Part shown: one piece after another, positions 52,673 to 63,753 of the stretch | How positions within the stretch are numbered: position 1 is the stretch's first letter | How the letters are laid out: each line of letters opens with the position of its first letter | NCBI GenBank assembly: GCA_977017575.1 | Contig: CDRNVI010000019.1 | Coordinates: forward strand, 186,001-250,000 | Direction: 5' to 3' | Source: Paramoeba atlantica | Taxonomy: Eukaryota; Protista; Discosea | DNA: 64,000 nt | The notes under the pieces: model-generated | What the model saw: the letters and a program-made list of their open reading frames with translations, nothing else | What the model was told of the DNA's origin: nothing | The model's database searches: none | Translations under genes and position numbers: made by a program

Positions 52673-52872
52673 GCGCAGAAACGATAATCAAAAAATAAAA
52701 ATTTAAACGTGTGGAAATAGTTGCTAGTACTAAGACGAGATGATACTTGGGAAGAGAATTTGGATACGGAAAACTGAGCCCACAGAACTTGCATTATGAA
52801 CTCATACAAATATAGAAGTATAGAACATTACGTACAGATATTGAATGGATGCAGGTTCGTAACCTATGGGAG

Positions 52873-54165
52873 CTACACTCCCGTTGTGGCGCTTGCTTTT
52901 GATATTGTCGATATACATTGTGTAATCAGCTCAGCACATTGCGCACCGTATTTCGGACTTTTTTCTACTCTTGAAAGCTCCTTTAACGCATCATTATACT
53001 TACCGAACTGAATAAGAAGTCTCGCAGCGCATAATGTAGAGGCATACGACTCATCATGATCACCACCGTGTAGAAGAGTCGTCATTTTTCTGTGACGAAA
53101 AGCGAAGTGCAATGCTTTTTCACATTCATTCCTTTTTTCGTAATGGGCCCGAAGCAGTGCAAGTGTTATGCGCACATTCTCATCACCTTTCTCTAAACGA
53201 TTCTCTAGGAAATTTACAGCTTCCTTCATGAAACGAAGGGCGGCGTCCTCACGCCCGCAGCGCAGCAAGGCCAAACCTAACAAGTTCTTAGCATTTGCTG
53301 TAATCACATCTTCGTGACCCATAATGCGAATACCCTCACGAACAGCCTGTTGTAAGACAGAAACAGCTTTCTCACTGTTGTCCAATTCAAGCAGGGTCGC
53401 GCCCCACAATTGCAAATTCTTTATTCTCAGACACGTCCATCCATGTTCATCAAGATCCAGGCTCTCTGGGTCTTTGGCCGCTGCTTTTAGCTCCATTTGT
53501 ATTTCATTTTCATTCAGATCTTTGTAAGATTCACATACAGAAGCAATAATGGGCTCGGCTTTGTCATGCTCTCCTAGCATGGAGTAGGCTTCAGCTAGCC
53601 ACGAGGCAACTTGGTCCGCGTACACTGGGTGACTTTTAGGGACTTTCTCTAGTACAAGTCGAGTGCGGGTGTAATCCCCGTTAAGAGCAAAAATGGTCCC
53701 TAAATTCGCTAAGCCAACGGGATCCGTAGCAAACATAGGGTATCTCTTCAACATTCTTATAGCAATCCTCATCGCCTCATTTCCTTTGCGTTGCTTACAA
53801 CTCAAAACCATTTCCAATAGTAGTTGTCGTTGCATCGAAGGATCTGCTCCTGCACATGTTCGTGCAGCTTCTAGCGCGCGTTCGGCCTCGCTCAGCCAGT
53901 AGCCTTTAAGACGATACTGAGCCTCGTCTAACCATTGAAGTTGCGAGTACTCAGATGAAATTATGCCAGTGCGTGGGGGAGATATTCGTTGAAGGTGATC
54001 CGTACTCGACCAATCCGGTTGCAGCATGTATGGTACTTCATCCGGTGTCTGCGAGCACTCACAGCGTCGATGTGTATTGAGTAGAGCATTGCTAGACAAC
54101 GTCGCCGTCAAACGATTTCGCATAACACGGGAAACGCGCGAAGGCAGAAGAGCCAATTTATTCAT
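52873..54165 (-). CDS. TPR-repeat protein
   Basis: Repeated helices such as GLANLGTIFALNGDY, WLAEAYSMLGEHDKA and AKNLLGLALLRCGREDAA. Confidence 0.7.
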   Translation of the reverse strand: MNKLALLPSRVSRVMRNRLTATLSSNALLNTHRRCECSQTPDEVPYMLQPDWSSTDHLQRISPPRTGIISSEYSQLQWLDEAQYRLKGYWLSEAERALEAARTCAGADPSMQRQLLLEMVLSCKQRKGNEAMRIAIRMLKRYPMFATDPVGLANLGTIFALNGDYTRTRLVLEKVPKSHPVYADQVASWLAEAYSMLGEHDKAEPIIASVCESYKDLNENEIQMELKAAAKDPESLDLDEHGWTCLRIKNLQLWGATLLELDNSEKAVSVLQQAVREGIRIMGHEDVITANAKNLLGLALLRCGREDAALRFMKEAVNFLENRLEKGDENVRITLALLRAHYEKRNECEKALHFAFRHRKMTTLLHGGDHDESYASTLCAARLLIQFGKYNDALKELSRVEKSPKYGAQCAELITQCISTISKASATTGV

Positions 54166-54457
54166 AGCGTATAGAAGTTATGTGAACTATGTTATTAGGT
54201 TACTATAGCTTATGGATTTTTTTTAGGATTTGCAGGAGCGTCTTTTTAGGTGGAATGTACGTGCTGACTGTTTAATCTCCTTTCAGTAATTATTCGGATA
54301 CTTTCAATAATGACACACATGATATTCCTAAGAACTAAATATCATCGGTTAGTAACTTAACTTATCTTGTGAGCGTTCAAGAGTCTATGACTACTAGAAG
54401 AGTCTCATGAACGAATTTATTTTGTTCTGATAAGAACGATGATGGATGAGCCCAAAG

Positions 54458-55390
54458 TCAAAAAGATCTAACCGGGGTTTTCGCCAATGCTGATGGTCTT
54501 TCTACAATTTTAGGGTTACCACTGGATACAGCTCGCTCGTTAGATGGTGTGTGTAAATATCTTTTTGAGAATGCGTTGAAGACGCATTGTACACATTCAG
54601 AAGACAACCATAGCGTGGCCTGTATTATAGATATTAGTACGACAAAAAGTTCTTTAACTACTTCACAGAATGGTGATAAAAAGGTGCGACTGTGCGGAAC
54701 CCAAGTTCTGTTACGCTCGCTTGAAGCGTTCCTTTCTTCAATGTGCCTTGTTTTGTATGCAAAGTCGGGAGTTGATGATTCATACGATGTGCGTTCTCTA
54801 TTTTTTTCAACAAATATCATGTCCGCGCAAGGAACAATATTTACAAACTTTACACTGCCTTTAAGCGGTATGTACCCAGTAGCATCAATGGCACTAGCTG
54901 CGTGAAAATGAGTAGGAAAACGAATATGCATAACATTCGACATGCTAGTGTGCAAAATGACCTCTTGAATTCTTCCGTATTCCGCCAGATGCGTAAGTAC
55001 CATTGATGCGTCGTCCTGTTCTACACCAAAGACAGTGACCCACGAGGAGGCCTTCGCCAATTCTGGCGGAGTTTGTGAAGACAAAAATCCACTTCGTTCC
55101 TCTACTAATTCAACGTCCCTTGGTCTGAGTGTCGTAGCATCATCGACACGAAACTGGCTTGTATGATAGTCATCATGGGGTTTGAGCTCCACGCCCCATC
55201 GTCGATGAGCCGTTCGCATAACGGATGCGGCGGGAGTCGATTGCTGCGTAACGGTTCGCAAAGGTTCGGCCGATGTTTCTTGTGTTTGCGAAATAGTTTC
55301 AGAGAAAAATTTGTTGCTGGACTTCCACTCGTTTCCCGCAGTGTAGTCGAACACTCCCATTTTTGTTAGGAAAAGGTCTAAAAAAGTCAA
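54458..55390 (-). CDS. Nup35/Nup53-type RRM nucleoporin with a hydrophobic segment (Nup65-like)
   Basis: SSWVTVFGV....SMVLTHLAEYGRI....SNVMHIRF....AASAI is the MPPN/Nup35 RRM; LFVVLISIIQATLWL is a putative TM. Confidence 0.75.
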   Translation of the reverse strand: MTFLDLFLTKMGVFDYTAGNEWKSSNKFFSETISQTQETSAEPLRTVTQQSTPAASVMRTAHRRWGVELKPHDDYHTSQFRVDDATTLRPRDVELVEERSGFLSSQTPPELAKASSWVTVFGVEQDDASMVLTHLAEYGRIQEVILHTSMSNVMHIRFPTHFHAASAIDATGYIPLKGSVKFVNIVPCADMIFVEKNRERTSYESSTPDFAYKTRHIEERNASSERNRTWVPHSRTFLSPFCEVVKELFVVLISIIQATLWLSSECVQCVFNAFSKRYLHTPSNERAVSSGNPKIVERPSALAKTPVRSF

Positions 55391-55751
55391 AGCATACTAC
55401 ATCTAAGTTTATGTAAAAGTTTCGGTCTTTGGGTTAATATTAATGCGAACTGCCTTTGTACATGGCAATCAACTTTTAACTTTTTTTTATAATACATTAG
55501 TAGTTCATTCTACATGGCAACAACATTTGCGATAATTTTCAATTAAACATTTCGTTTATGTAGTTTATGATTCGGGCTATTTCAGAAAGGGGACACGACA
55601 TTCCCTTTCTTGTAGAGTATTAAAGAAAAAGCTACTAAACGTTCAAAACAAACTTGCATTGCAGTAGAATATTGCGGGATGCTGCGTAATATCGAGGCGT
55701 TTCTACTCACGTTTGACCTCATTGTAGTGCATTCGACATTCCTCTATACAC

Positions 55752-56612
55752 TTAGGCCACTGGTTGCACTGCCTCTTCCACAACGAGACATCGAACATCT
55801 TCCCTTAGGACTGTTGTTGTTCCTGGGGTAAATTCTATGTGTCGTGCTGGCTCGTACAACTTCTTGTTAAAGTCCTTCACATTTCGCAACGTCACAACGG
55901 TACCATCGACACGTAACACACAAAGGTCGATACAACTTCCCGATCCCAAATCATTGAATATCCCTGCCGCCACGGCATCGCCCACTAACGCTTTACATTT
56001 CTCTTCATCCATACCATCCTCATAACGGTTTTCCAACACAGCCATCGCCGCCAGACATCCGGAGCCCATACTCACGAACGGCAGTCGATCCGTGCTCCCA
56101 TGCGGGGCTACCGTCCCTAAGTAAGGCCCCCGAACATCACACCCACCCAGCACCAGGGCCGCGCTCACATGTCCCTGGTACCGATACAAGTGGTTCTTTA
56201 GCCGATTCAGGCACGACAACACGCGACTTTGTCGTCCGCTCGACAAGCGCTGCAGCGTGAGCTTCGCAGCGACCAGCGCGGTGACCTTCTCCGTGTCCGC
56301 GGCAGTGCCTGCGCCACAGCACATAATGTTAGGGGCAATAAAGTGAATCTTCTCACAGTTCTTGTCAGCAACCAGCGGGCCGTTCGTGGCCCGGGTGTCG
56401 GCGCCGAGTACCACACCACCGGAGTAGACTGCCCCGACGATGGTGGTTCCGGTTTTAGTAAATTTGGTGGCTAGGGAGGACGGGGAGATACCGGATCCCA
56501 GGGCTTCCTTTTTTAACAGTCGAGTGTTACGTCGGGCGTTCTCGAAATTAAACGCATCCCACGTGGAGCGAGGTGTACGAGAAGACTTTTCCGCTGCGCT
56601 GTCGTGCAACAT
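55752..56612 (-). CDS. PSMB7: 20S proteasome subunit beta 2
   Basis: KTGTTIVG..GVVLGADTRATNGPLVADKNCEKIH, CCGAGTAADT and SMGSG. Confidence 0.96.
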   Translation of the reverse strand: MLHDSAAEKSSRTPRSTWDAFNFENARRNTRLLKKEALGSGISPSSLATKFTKTGTTIVGAVYSGGVVLGADTRATNGPLVADKNCEKIHFIAPNIMCCGAGTAADTEKVTALVAAKLTLQRLSSGRQSRVLSCLNRLKNHLYRYQGHVSAALVLGGCDVRGPYLGTVAPHGSTDRLPFVSMGSGCLAAMAVLENRYEDGMDEEKCKALVGDAVAAGIFNDLGSGSCIDLCVLRVDGTVVTLRNVKDFNKKLYEPARHIEFTPGTTTVLREDVRCLVVEEAVQPVA

Positions 56613-56743
56613 TGAAGTATAAGAAATAAAAAGAAAAGGAATCTATCTAAAAAGGGTCGCATGAAGCTCAGGTATTTGAATGTTGATTGCTTCGAAAAAT
56701 TTATTTCCATTGCCCCCACCCCTCTATAAACAAGGAATATACA

Positions 56744-57298
56744 CTATTTAAGAAACATATACCGAGGGAGTTTACCGGGTACATGGACTAGCACCTGTCC
56801 TTTTCTTGCCGCAACATACGCCTTGATGCGCATTGGAACAATACTCTCGTCTCGGCCGTCCCTTATTTCGAGTGACGCAACTGGAGAACTGATTCTGTTT
56901 GGAAACACAATTGGGAAGTGATCGCCTTCTGCGTAAACTTCAAGTGTCCAGGTACCACAGGAAAGTTCGCGATCCTTCAAATGGCTTCCGGCGACGTGGA
57001 CAGATTCCCTCTGCCGTCTTGAGCTATAAAATTCGTACAATTGCACTTTGTGCTGCTTTAGGCCCAAAGCGGTATATTGAGCGGTCAGCAACACATCACC
57101 TGAAACAACGTAGGGGGGAATCGAGTTCGTCTTCGAGTTCTGATGGGTACTCGTATTAGAAAGTTTGTTGTAAAGGTATTGAGCATGTTGTGTAGTTGGT
57201 TTGTGGAGCGTGTTTAGCTTGTTTGCGTTAGAAACAAAAGAGTTCCAGTGATTTCCGTAGTTTACGTGAACAACTCCTGTAAGACGGAGACTCCTCAT
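56744..57298 (-). CDS. Hypothetical protein, probably mitochondrial
   Basis: 184-aa ATG ORF with a presequence-like start (MRSLRLTG); no motif recognised. Confidence 0.6.
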   Translation of the reverse strand: MRSLRLTGVVHVNYGNHWNSFVSNANKLNTLHKPTTQHAQYLYNKLSNTSTHQNSKTNSIPPYVVSGDVLLTAQYTALGLKQHKVQLYEFYSSRRQRESVHVAGSHLKDRELSCGTWTLEVYAEGDHFPIVFPNRISSPVASLEIRDGRDESIVPMRIKAYVAARKGQVLVHVPGKLPRYMFLK

Positions 57299-57539
57299 AG
57301 ACGTTACGACTCCAATACGTCAGTTTTGAAGTGAAGTTTACATGTGTTATAACAAAGAAATACCCAAGGAGCAATCAACCAATTTACATGAAAATGTAAA
57401 TCGCCTAATATGCTTGAACAAAAGCTTAGTCTGGTATTAGGGTAATCTAGTTTTTTCTCAATTCTTCCCATTTTTAGTCTATCATGATACTCGCAGAATA
57501 AAATTTGTGTACTACGATCAGAATGATGCACGTTCCGTT

Positions 57540-58457
57540 TCAAACTAGTCTAACAATCTCTTGGTCAGTTTCTGGACAATACACTTCGCATGCCAGATGA
57601 CCAGACATGTTCTTGATGGTCGGACCCTGATTCCCCGACTTAGTCATTTCTTGCTCTAATTTTGCCCGAAAGACATCCTTAAGGTAACCTCGCTCACTGG
57701 TGCCATGCTCCACAAGAACAACCGTAGTGCCTTGCTGTTGCATTGTCAACATGTTGTGATGAGACATCTCGCCCGTAATCACGCATGTTGCTTTTCCGGC
57801 AACAGCTTGTAGTACGGAATATCCACTTCCGGCACATATTCCGATTATTCTCACAGAAGACTCTAAACTATGCTTGGGGGCAAGACATAGGCGAATGTTT
57901 TGGATTCCAAAGTGACGTTTAACAGCGAGTATTACAGCATGCAAAGAATTTTTTTTTTTCGAAAGTTTATTGGTGTAGCCAGTATGTTCTTGGGGTAACG
58001 TTAAAAGCATGCCTTGGCTAGGTTCGACCACTATGGGTTCGTACACTGGCTTGCTTGACGACTCCGGGAGGGCAGCAGCAATGCCATGTGCGATCCACTC
58101 ATTAATTCCTCCTGGTGCATTATCCAACGCGGTGTGTGGGGAGTAGATTGCAATGCCTTCTCGAGCGGCTCGTAATAAGGCTTCTTGCTTGGGGTCAACA
58201 GTCCGAATGCTTCGAAGCGGTGCGAAGATAACTGGGTGGTAGCACACCAGAAAGTGTGTTTGTCGTCGCACACACTCCTCTACCACTTCACTGGTGAGAT
58301 CTAGCACTATCGCGATTCGGTAGGGACGCGAAGAGGGAATGGATGTGCTGTCCAGTAGTAGTCCTACATTGTCCCACGTGGTATCGGCATAACGAAGTGG
58401 GGCAATCGTCTCCACGGCACGTACAACACTTTGAATAAACGGATATGTGAGGTTCAT
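57540..58457 (-). CDS. NIF3: NIF3-like protein (GTP cyclohydrolase I type 2 homologue)
   Basis: APLRYADTTWDNVGLL, DLTSEVVEE, YHPVIF, YSPHTALD, GGINEW, ICAGSG, TGEMSHH and EHGTSER. Confidence 0.92.
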   Translation of the reverse strand: MNLTYPFIQSVVRAVETIAPLRYADTTWDNVGLLLDSTSIPSSRPYRIAIVLDLTSEVVEECVRRQTHFLVCYHPVIFAPLRSIRTVDPKQEALLRAAREGIAIYSPHTALDNAPGGINEWIAHGIAAALPESSSKPVYEPIVVEPSQGMLLTLPQEHTGYTNKLSKKKNSLHAVILAVKRHFGIQNIRLCLAPKHSLESSVRIIGICAGSGYSVLQAVAGKATCVITGEMSHHNMLTMQQQGTTVVLVEHGTSERGYLKDVFRAKLEQEMTKSGNQGPTIKNMSGHLACEVYCPETDQEIVRLV

Positions 58458-58757
58458 TGGTTATGCAGAACTAACAAAACAGCGTTATGCAAATGATTGA
58501 TATTCGAAATGGCAATTTTCAAAATTGAATTTTCTTAAAATAGTAATGAACAATGCTTAAAATACATGTGTACGCTCGCTGGCACCCGAGGTCGTATCGA
58601 ACTCCGCGTTGTCGATTTCCCTCTCTTTTACTTTCTAAGCAATAACCCTCTCTCTAATAGGCCCATTTTAATAAATCTTCTAATAATCCCATTTTCTTCC
58701 TTTGTGCTAAATGCCCATAATATCAAAAGGATTTTATAGAGTGTGATTAAGAAAATT

Positions 58758-60686
58758 TTACCAAGGGATTTCCTTGTAATCCTTCCAAAATTTTCCATTC
58801 TCTGTGCTTTCTGTATAAACAAGATCCAGACATCTCGCGGCTGCGTCAATTTCATCCAGCGGACATAACATATTTTCTCGAAGCCGATGCGCCCTTTTCT
58901 GTATAGGCGATTCATCAGTAATCCAACCTGTATCTATGCTATTCATATAAATATTGTCGTGGGCGTAATCTGCAGCCGATGTTCTGGTCATCATATTTAA
59001 GGCGGCTTTAGCCATATTCGTATGAGGATGAGTTGTGAGCTTATGGCGATAAAACATGCCCTCCATAGCAGACACATTCACAATGTAGCGTTTTCCCTTT
59101 CCCCGTAAAAGTGATGGTTTTAACTTGGAGTTGATGATAAATGGAGCCAAGGCGTTAATTGCCATCACTTCCGCTGCCTCAGAACCCTTTACTTGATTTA
59201 ATTTCAGGGTCCAAGAATTTTCCTTTCGTACGTCAGTATATTCTTGAAATGCATCATACTGATCAAATTTAGGCTGATTCTCATCAGAGTTTGATGCTCG
59301 AGTTATACAAGTGGAAGTTCCGCTACCGCCGGATACCAGAACCTCTGTGTCCGTTGTTGCATGCTGCTGAAGCAATGGCCATGAATCCTTTATTTCTCGC
59401 GTGCAGTCCTCAAGTCGTGCAATAGAATCTGAGGAATTCTCTTGGTAAAAACGATACCATTCTAAAACTCCCTTTCCTTGAAGTCGTCCATAAATAGTAT
59501 CAAATATTTGATGCTCTTGGCTACGAAGACCTTGTGAATACTGAGCTGGTCGCTGTATAGTTTGTGCAGCGTTGTTCATAATCAAATAAATTTCTGGAAA
59601 TCGGTCTGTGATAAAAGAACAGAACTGTGTTACCATCCATAAATCTCGCATGTCAAGACAGAATAAATGCAGTCGGTCTTTCCATTCACTGTAGTCAGGC
59701 TCACTGGAAAATCTTATGTAGCTATCTGCCACGAAACGCGTTGTGCCTATGACTTCCGCCCCGTTCCGCAACAAGGAAAGAACAATTGCGTATCCTATCT
59801 TGATTCGACATCCTGTGACGAGACAAACTTTTTGACTCATGTCCCTCTGTTGAACTCTTTTTGCATAGTTGAATTCGGCACATGAGGGGCACAGACTATA
59901 GTAGAAATGGTGTAAGGTAGTATAGCGCTGCTTGCATATATGACACTTCTGCCAGCGATTCATTTCCCAGCTGCCATCTACTTCATCTCCAGCGTCCCCT
60001 TTCGGATTGTGTTCTTCGTTTTGAGTAGTTTCCAAATCATCCATTGGTTTACGCACATCCGGGGCAAGACTCGCTGCGCTTTCTAAAAGTTTAGTGTGAT
60101 CTCCGACTTCCTCGAGCACAAGAGGATTTGCTGTCGAAAGCAGTTCTCTAAGAGCTTTATCCCTTTCTTGTTTCATTCCTGCGCGTTGAATACGTTGCCT
60201 GTCTTCTGCAAGCATTTGTCGCGCTTTTGCCTTTCGTTCCTGCTTCGTAAGTTTTGTCCATATAGAAAAATGTTTTCGCGAGCTTACTGTATCTCTGCTG
60301 ATCATGGTATAGAGCCGTGTTTGGGCCAAATATTGATCTCCTACGTACAATTCAGGATGCTCAGAAAGTATCCGCACTACTTTGCTCGTAATTTCAAGTT
60401 CAGAAAAAGTAAAACCCCATCTTTTTTCCCTTTCTTCCATCGTCATGGTTGATTGCTCTTGAAGCGTTGAGTCATCAAGCACCACAGGGCCACCATTTTG
60501 AATTCGCTTTTCCTTCAAGGTCTGTTTCGCATCGTAATTCGCACACAGCTCATTCAGATCTTCTTCAGAAATGCTAGGAAGTTCGTTCATTTCACATGTG
60601 GAGCCTTTACTTCGAAAATATGATAAAGAAGAGAAGACAACACCACTGGCAATGGGCGATAGACGTGCTTTAAAGTAATTTCCCAA
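58758..60686 (-). CDS. Short-chain dehydrogenase/reductase with an N-terminal extension and CxxC...CxxC motif
   Basis: CHICKQRYTTLHHFYYSLCPSC, LVTGCRIKIG, NNAAQT, NVSAMEG, HPHTNMAKAALNM and DTGWITDE. Confidence 0.88.
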   Translation of the reverse strand: MGNYFKARLSPIASGVVFSSLSYFRSKGSTCEMNELPSISEEDLNELCANYDAKQTLKEKRIQNGGPVVLDDSTLQEQSTMTMEEREKRWGFTFSELEITSKVVRILSEHPELYVGDQYLAQTRLYTMISRDTVSSRKHFSIWTKLTKQERKAKARQMLAEDRQRIQRAGMKQERDKALRELLSTANPLVLEEVGDHTKLLESAASLAPDVRKPMDDLETTQNEEHNPKGDAGDEVDGSWEMNRWQKCHICKQRYTTLHHFYYSLCPSCAEFNYAKRVQQRDMSQKVCLVTGCRIKIGYAIVLSLLRNGAEVIGTTRFVADSYIRFSSEPDYSEWKDRLHLFCLDMRDLWMVTQFCSFITDRFPEIYLIMNNAAQTIQRPAQYSQGLRSQEHQIFDTIYGRLQGKGVLEWYRFYQENSSDSIARLEDCTREIKDSWPLLQQHATTDTEVLVSGGSGTSTCITRASNSDENQPKFDQYDAFQEYTDVRKENSWTLKLNQVKGSEAAEVMAINALAPFIINSKLKPSLLRGKGKRYIVNVSAMEGMFYRHKLTTHPHTNMAKAALNMMTRTSAADYAHDNIYMNSIDTGWITDESPIQKRAHRLRENMLCPLDEIDAAARCLDLVYTESTENGKFWKDYKEIPW

Positions 60687-60879
60687 GCGATACAGCCAAA
60701 CGTGAAAAATTGCCAGTGTTTCCTAAATAAACCCCCCACCCCCAATAGGATAGGGGGTACAAGCAAGGTCGTACGGTGGTGTGCGAAACAAAAATACATA
60801 CGTGTAAATTTATGATGCCTACATAATATCTTGTTGGTAGGCACCCAAAAATAGAATAGCAAACCCACACGAATGCAAA

Positions 60880-62136
60880 CTATTCTTTAGGATAGTAAAC
60901 GTCCCAAAGCGTAAGCCCATGCGCTGGTGCCGGTTCTGGGCGAATTCGGTTTTGTTCTCTACCTGGTTGAAAACCTTTGCTAAGAAAGTACTCGATTTCA
61001 GTCAAACTCCAAGCTCCGTTCCCCACCATCACCAAAGCGGCAACCATGTTTCTTAGTTGGCTCCTTAGAAATGACTTCCCGCTGATCCATATCAGAACCT
61101 CGTCTCCTTGTTTTGTCACTCTTATTTTTTCTACTGCTTTTACAGTATAAACTGTACCATGTCGGCGCAAACATCTCGTCACACGGTGATCCGCAAATCC
61201 ACCAAAATCATGTTCGCCTTCCATCAGCAGGGCGGCTTTTTGCATTAGGGGAACGTCCAGCGCGCGGTCGACGTGCCACTGCATATTACCGTCGTCGAGG
61301 AGTGGGTAGGCTATACGATTCAGAATGCGATACACGTATGTCCGCCTTAACACACTCCTGGCAGCGTGAAATCCTTCTTCGGCAGGAGAGAAGGATAAAA
61401 TCGCAATCTCGTCCTCCCGTTTCTTTAACCATGCTCGGCATCTTTGTAGGAAATTTCGAGGCGCAGGAAGGATGTGGTCAGCTGGAATATCGACATGACA
61501 GGTAAGCGAACGGCAGTGAATGCCCTGTTCCGGCACCACTGAAGCCATTACGTCCACAGGCCCCAAGTCGCATGCAATACTAACTGTGTCCTCCACCGCT
61601 TCTTGGACCGTAGGAAGGGATGACTTAAGTTGTCGCCGTAGCCACCCATAGTATTTCGTACCTTTGTACTGAATCTCGAGCTTGTGTCGCGCATACCCCT
61701 CGGCAGGCTGTTGAGTTCCGGGGATAACAGGAACAATCTCTGGTGTGCTGCGAAGCAGAGGAAATACGTGAAAGGCGTCATCCACCACTAAGTCAGTAGC
61801 AGATATTGATGTTTCGGACGGCTGTGTAGGATGTTCTTCCTCTTTAAGGAGCTCTGATTCTTTTTGAGTATCCGCGATACATGGAGCAGTATTTCTTGAC
61901 GGCTTGTTAAAGAGTTTTTCAAGTCGAGTAGAGTTCTCTTCGTCTAGGTCATTCTTTGTTGCAATTTTGCCACCTTTCGACCCCTTAGTGCTGTATCTGC
62001 GGCAGAATTTGTTGTTGAAAGAGGTATTAAAAACTCTGCCACTCCCCGTTCTCATAAAGTACCTCAAGCTGTCGGAGAATACATTGTACATGCAGGTAAT
62101 GCAGATAGCAATAAGAATGCTTACCCAATAAAGCAA
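60880..62136 (-). CDS. TruA-family pseudouridine synthase-like protein lacking the canonical catalytic motif
   Basis: KLEIQYKGTKYYGW, TVQEAVE, FHAARSVLRRTYVY, EGEHDFGGF, SFLRSQLRNMV and PAPAHGLTL; AGRTDAGVH reads ASVVPEQGIH. Confidence 0.88.
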   Translation of the reverse strand: MLYWVSILIAICITCMYNVFSDSLRYFMRTGSGRVFNTSFNNKFCRRYSTKGSKGGKIATKNDLDEENSTRLEKLFNKPSRNTAPCIADTQKESELLKEEEHPTQPSETSISATDLVVDDAFHVFPLLRSTPEIVPVIPGTQQPAEGYARHKLEIQYKGTKYYGWLRRQLKSSLPTVQEAVEDTVSIACDLGPVDVMASVVPEQGIHCRSLTCHVDIPADHILPAPRNFLQRCRAWLKKREDEIAILSFSPAEEGFHAARSVLRRTYVYRILNRIAYPLLDDGNMQWHVDRALDVPLMQKAALLMEGEHDFGGFADHRVTRCLRRHGTVYTVKAVEKIRVTKQGDEVLIWISGKSFLRSQLRNMVAALVMVGNGAWSLTEIEYFLSKGFQPGREQNRIRPEPAPAHGLTLWDVYYPKE

Positions 62137-62696
62137 TAAGAATCCTTGCCTTACCAGACTAAAATTCTCTTCCCTTGTTATGATTTGTCTACAAAGTACG
62201 TAAAACTATTTCATATATCATGTAAATCTTTTATATTTATACGCTTCACGAATAATCTTCGCTAAAAGAATTGGCTTCCTCGTATACGCTTACCCTATGA
62301 GCGCATCCAAGAGAATAAATATAAATACACAAAGACATAATTTACATATTTAAATCATAAATTAAGAGTGTCGCCTATGATAGTCGATACAAGATACCCA
62401 TCACTCTAATCGCGTTCCACACTTTCTGTCAGTTTAACAGACACTTAATTTATAAATGCACATGTGTTTGGCCAACGAAAAGTCGGGTCTAAACGTGCAA
62501 GGCACAATGTATAGAAAGAAAACGTCAGTTACATAACTTCAGTATAGTCGAAAATCAAGCAAAACGTACACGCATCCGCACGGTACGTCTTGTGTGACGC
62601 AGGGAGAAGGAAAAATGTTTTTACACGACAAAAACGCTAACGTGTATTTGGCGTCCATTTAAATCATTTATACATCCTACAAATCATTTGTGCATC

Positions 62697-63452
62697 CTAC
62701 GCATCTGGAGCCTGTGAGCAAAAAAAGCTCTTTATGATATCGAGGACCTCATCTGCACATCGAGATTGAGACGCATCTTTTGGGTCACGTCGTGCCGCAA
62801 AGAAGCCGTGGTGCATCGTGTCAAACCGCTTCCAAATATTTTTCGATGAAAAGGGTTTTTTGGATAATATATCTTGAATATCTTTCATGGACGGCTCGTC
62901 CTTCGAGGTCAGCACACACAAAGGGGCGTTGCAAGTACGCGCATCGGTGACATCCAAAAATGACGGGTGCACGGCGGCGCATCCATGAAGAAAGCCGTCT
63001 CGCTGAGCACCCATCATTACTTTCGCTCCCCAACACATACCCAAGCCATACACAGTGCTTGCTCGTACACTATGCCTCTCACAATAATCCACCGCAGCAA
63101 TGTACTTCGGCTTTGCATGCTCATACTTTCCGTTTTCCTCTATCCAATTCAAAAGAGGTTTAAAGTCTTCCAAAGGCCACGGTTCCATTGGCCAAGACTT
63201 TCCTTCAAAAAAATCAGGAACAACAACAGTGTAATTTGTGCATTGAGACAACCTGTCACATATTTGCAGCGTACAAGGATGATAGCCGAATATGTCGTAT
63301 GTAACAACTATGGCCGCACTGCGCCCTTCTCCCGTCACATACATTTTTACCTCGTTGAATGTGATGAATTCACCAGCTAGTGCGTGGTCAGATTTCGAAA
63401 CTGGAATCGGGCTAACATTCGTAGGACAACATGGGTTTCCAGTGCCTGTCAT
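62697..63452 (-). CDS. Dienelactone hydrolase family protein
   Basis: YDIFG, VVPDFFEG, GMCWG nucleophile elbow, HPS, KDE and MHHGF (C-D-H triad). Confidence 0.92.
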   Translation of the reverse strand: MTGTGNPCCPTNVSPIPVSKSDHALAGEFITFNEVKMYVTGEGRSAAIVVTYDIFGYHPCTLQICDRLSQCTNYTVVVPDFFEGKSWPMEPWPLEDFKPLLNWIEENGKYEHAKPKYIAAVDYCERHSVRASTVYGLGMCWGAKVMMGAQRDGFLHGCAAVHPSFLDVTDARTCNAPLCVLTSKDEPSMKDIQDILSKKPFSSKNIWKRFDTMHHGFFAARRDPKDASQSRCADEVLDIIKSFFCSQAPDA

Positions 63453-63753
63453 TTTGCAAATATTGGTAAGTCTGCAGGAGATAATAATTACATGTATTAA
63501 AAATATATTTTGTGCGGCAGAATAAGCCTAGTCCAAGTTAATCATATAGTCCATCATATACGTATATTCCAAGTATAGTCCACGTATAGATTCGCACAGT
63601 ACAAGTCTGACAAGATCCGATACCCTAGAACGCAAGGCATTCATGACGTAGGAAAACAGCGTAAACAGTTCGTGCTTCGTAGCAATTATTTCATATCAAT
63701 TAATCACAATACGAATGTTGTGAACCAACAATATCCATGAATGGCCCATGCGC

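Noticed and set aside
60720-60780. CCCCCAATAGGATAGGGGG hairpin resembling MITE A
   Set aside because: Match too short, with no TIR pair or TA flanks.
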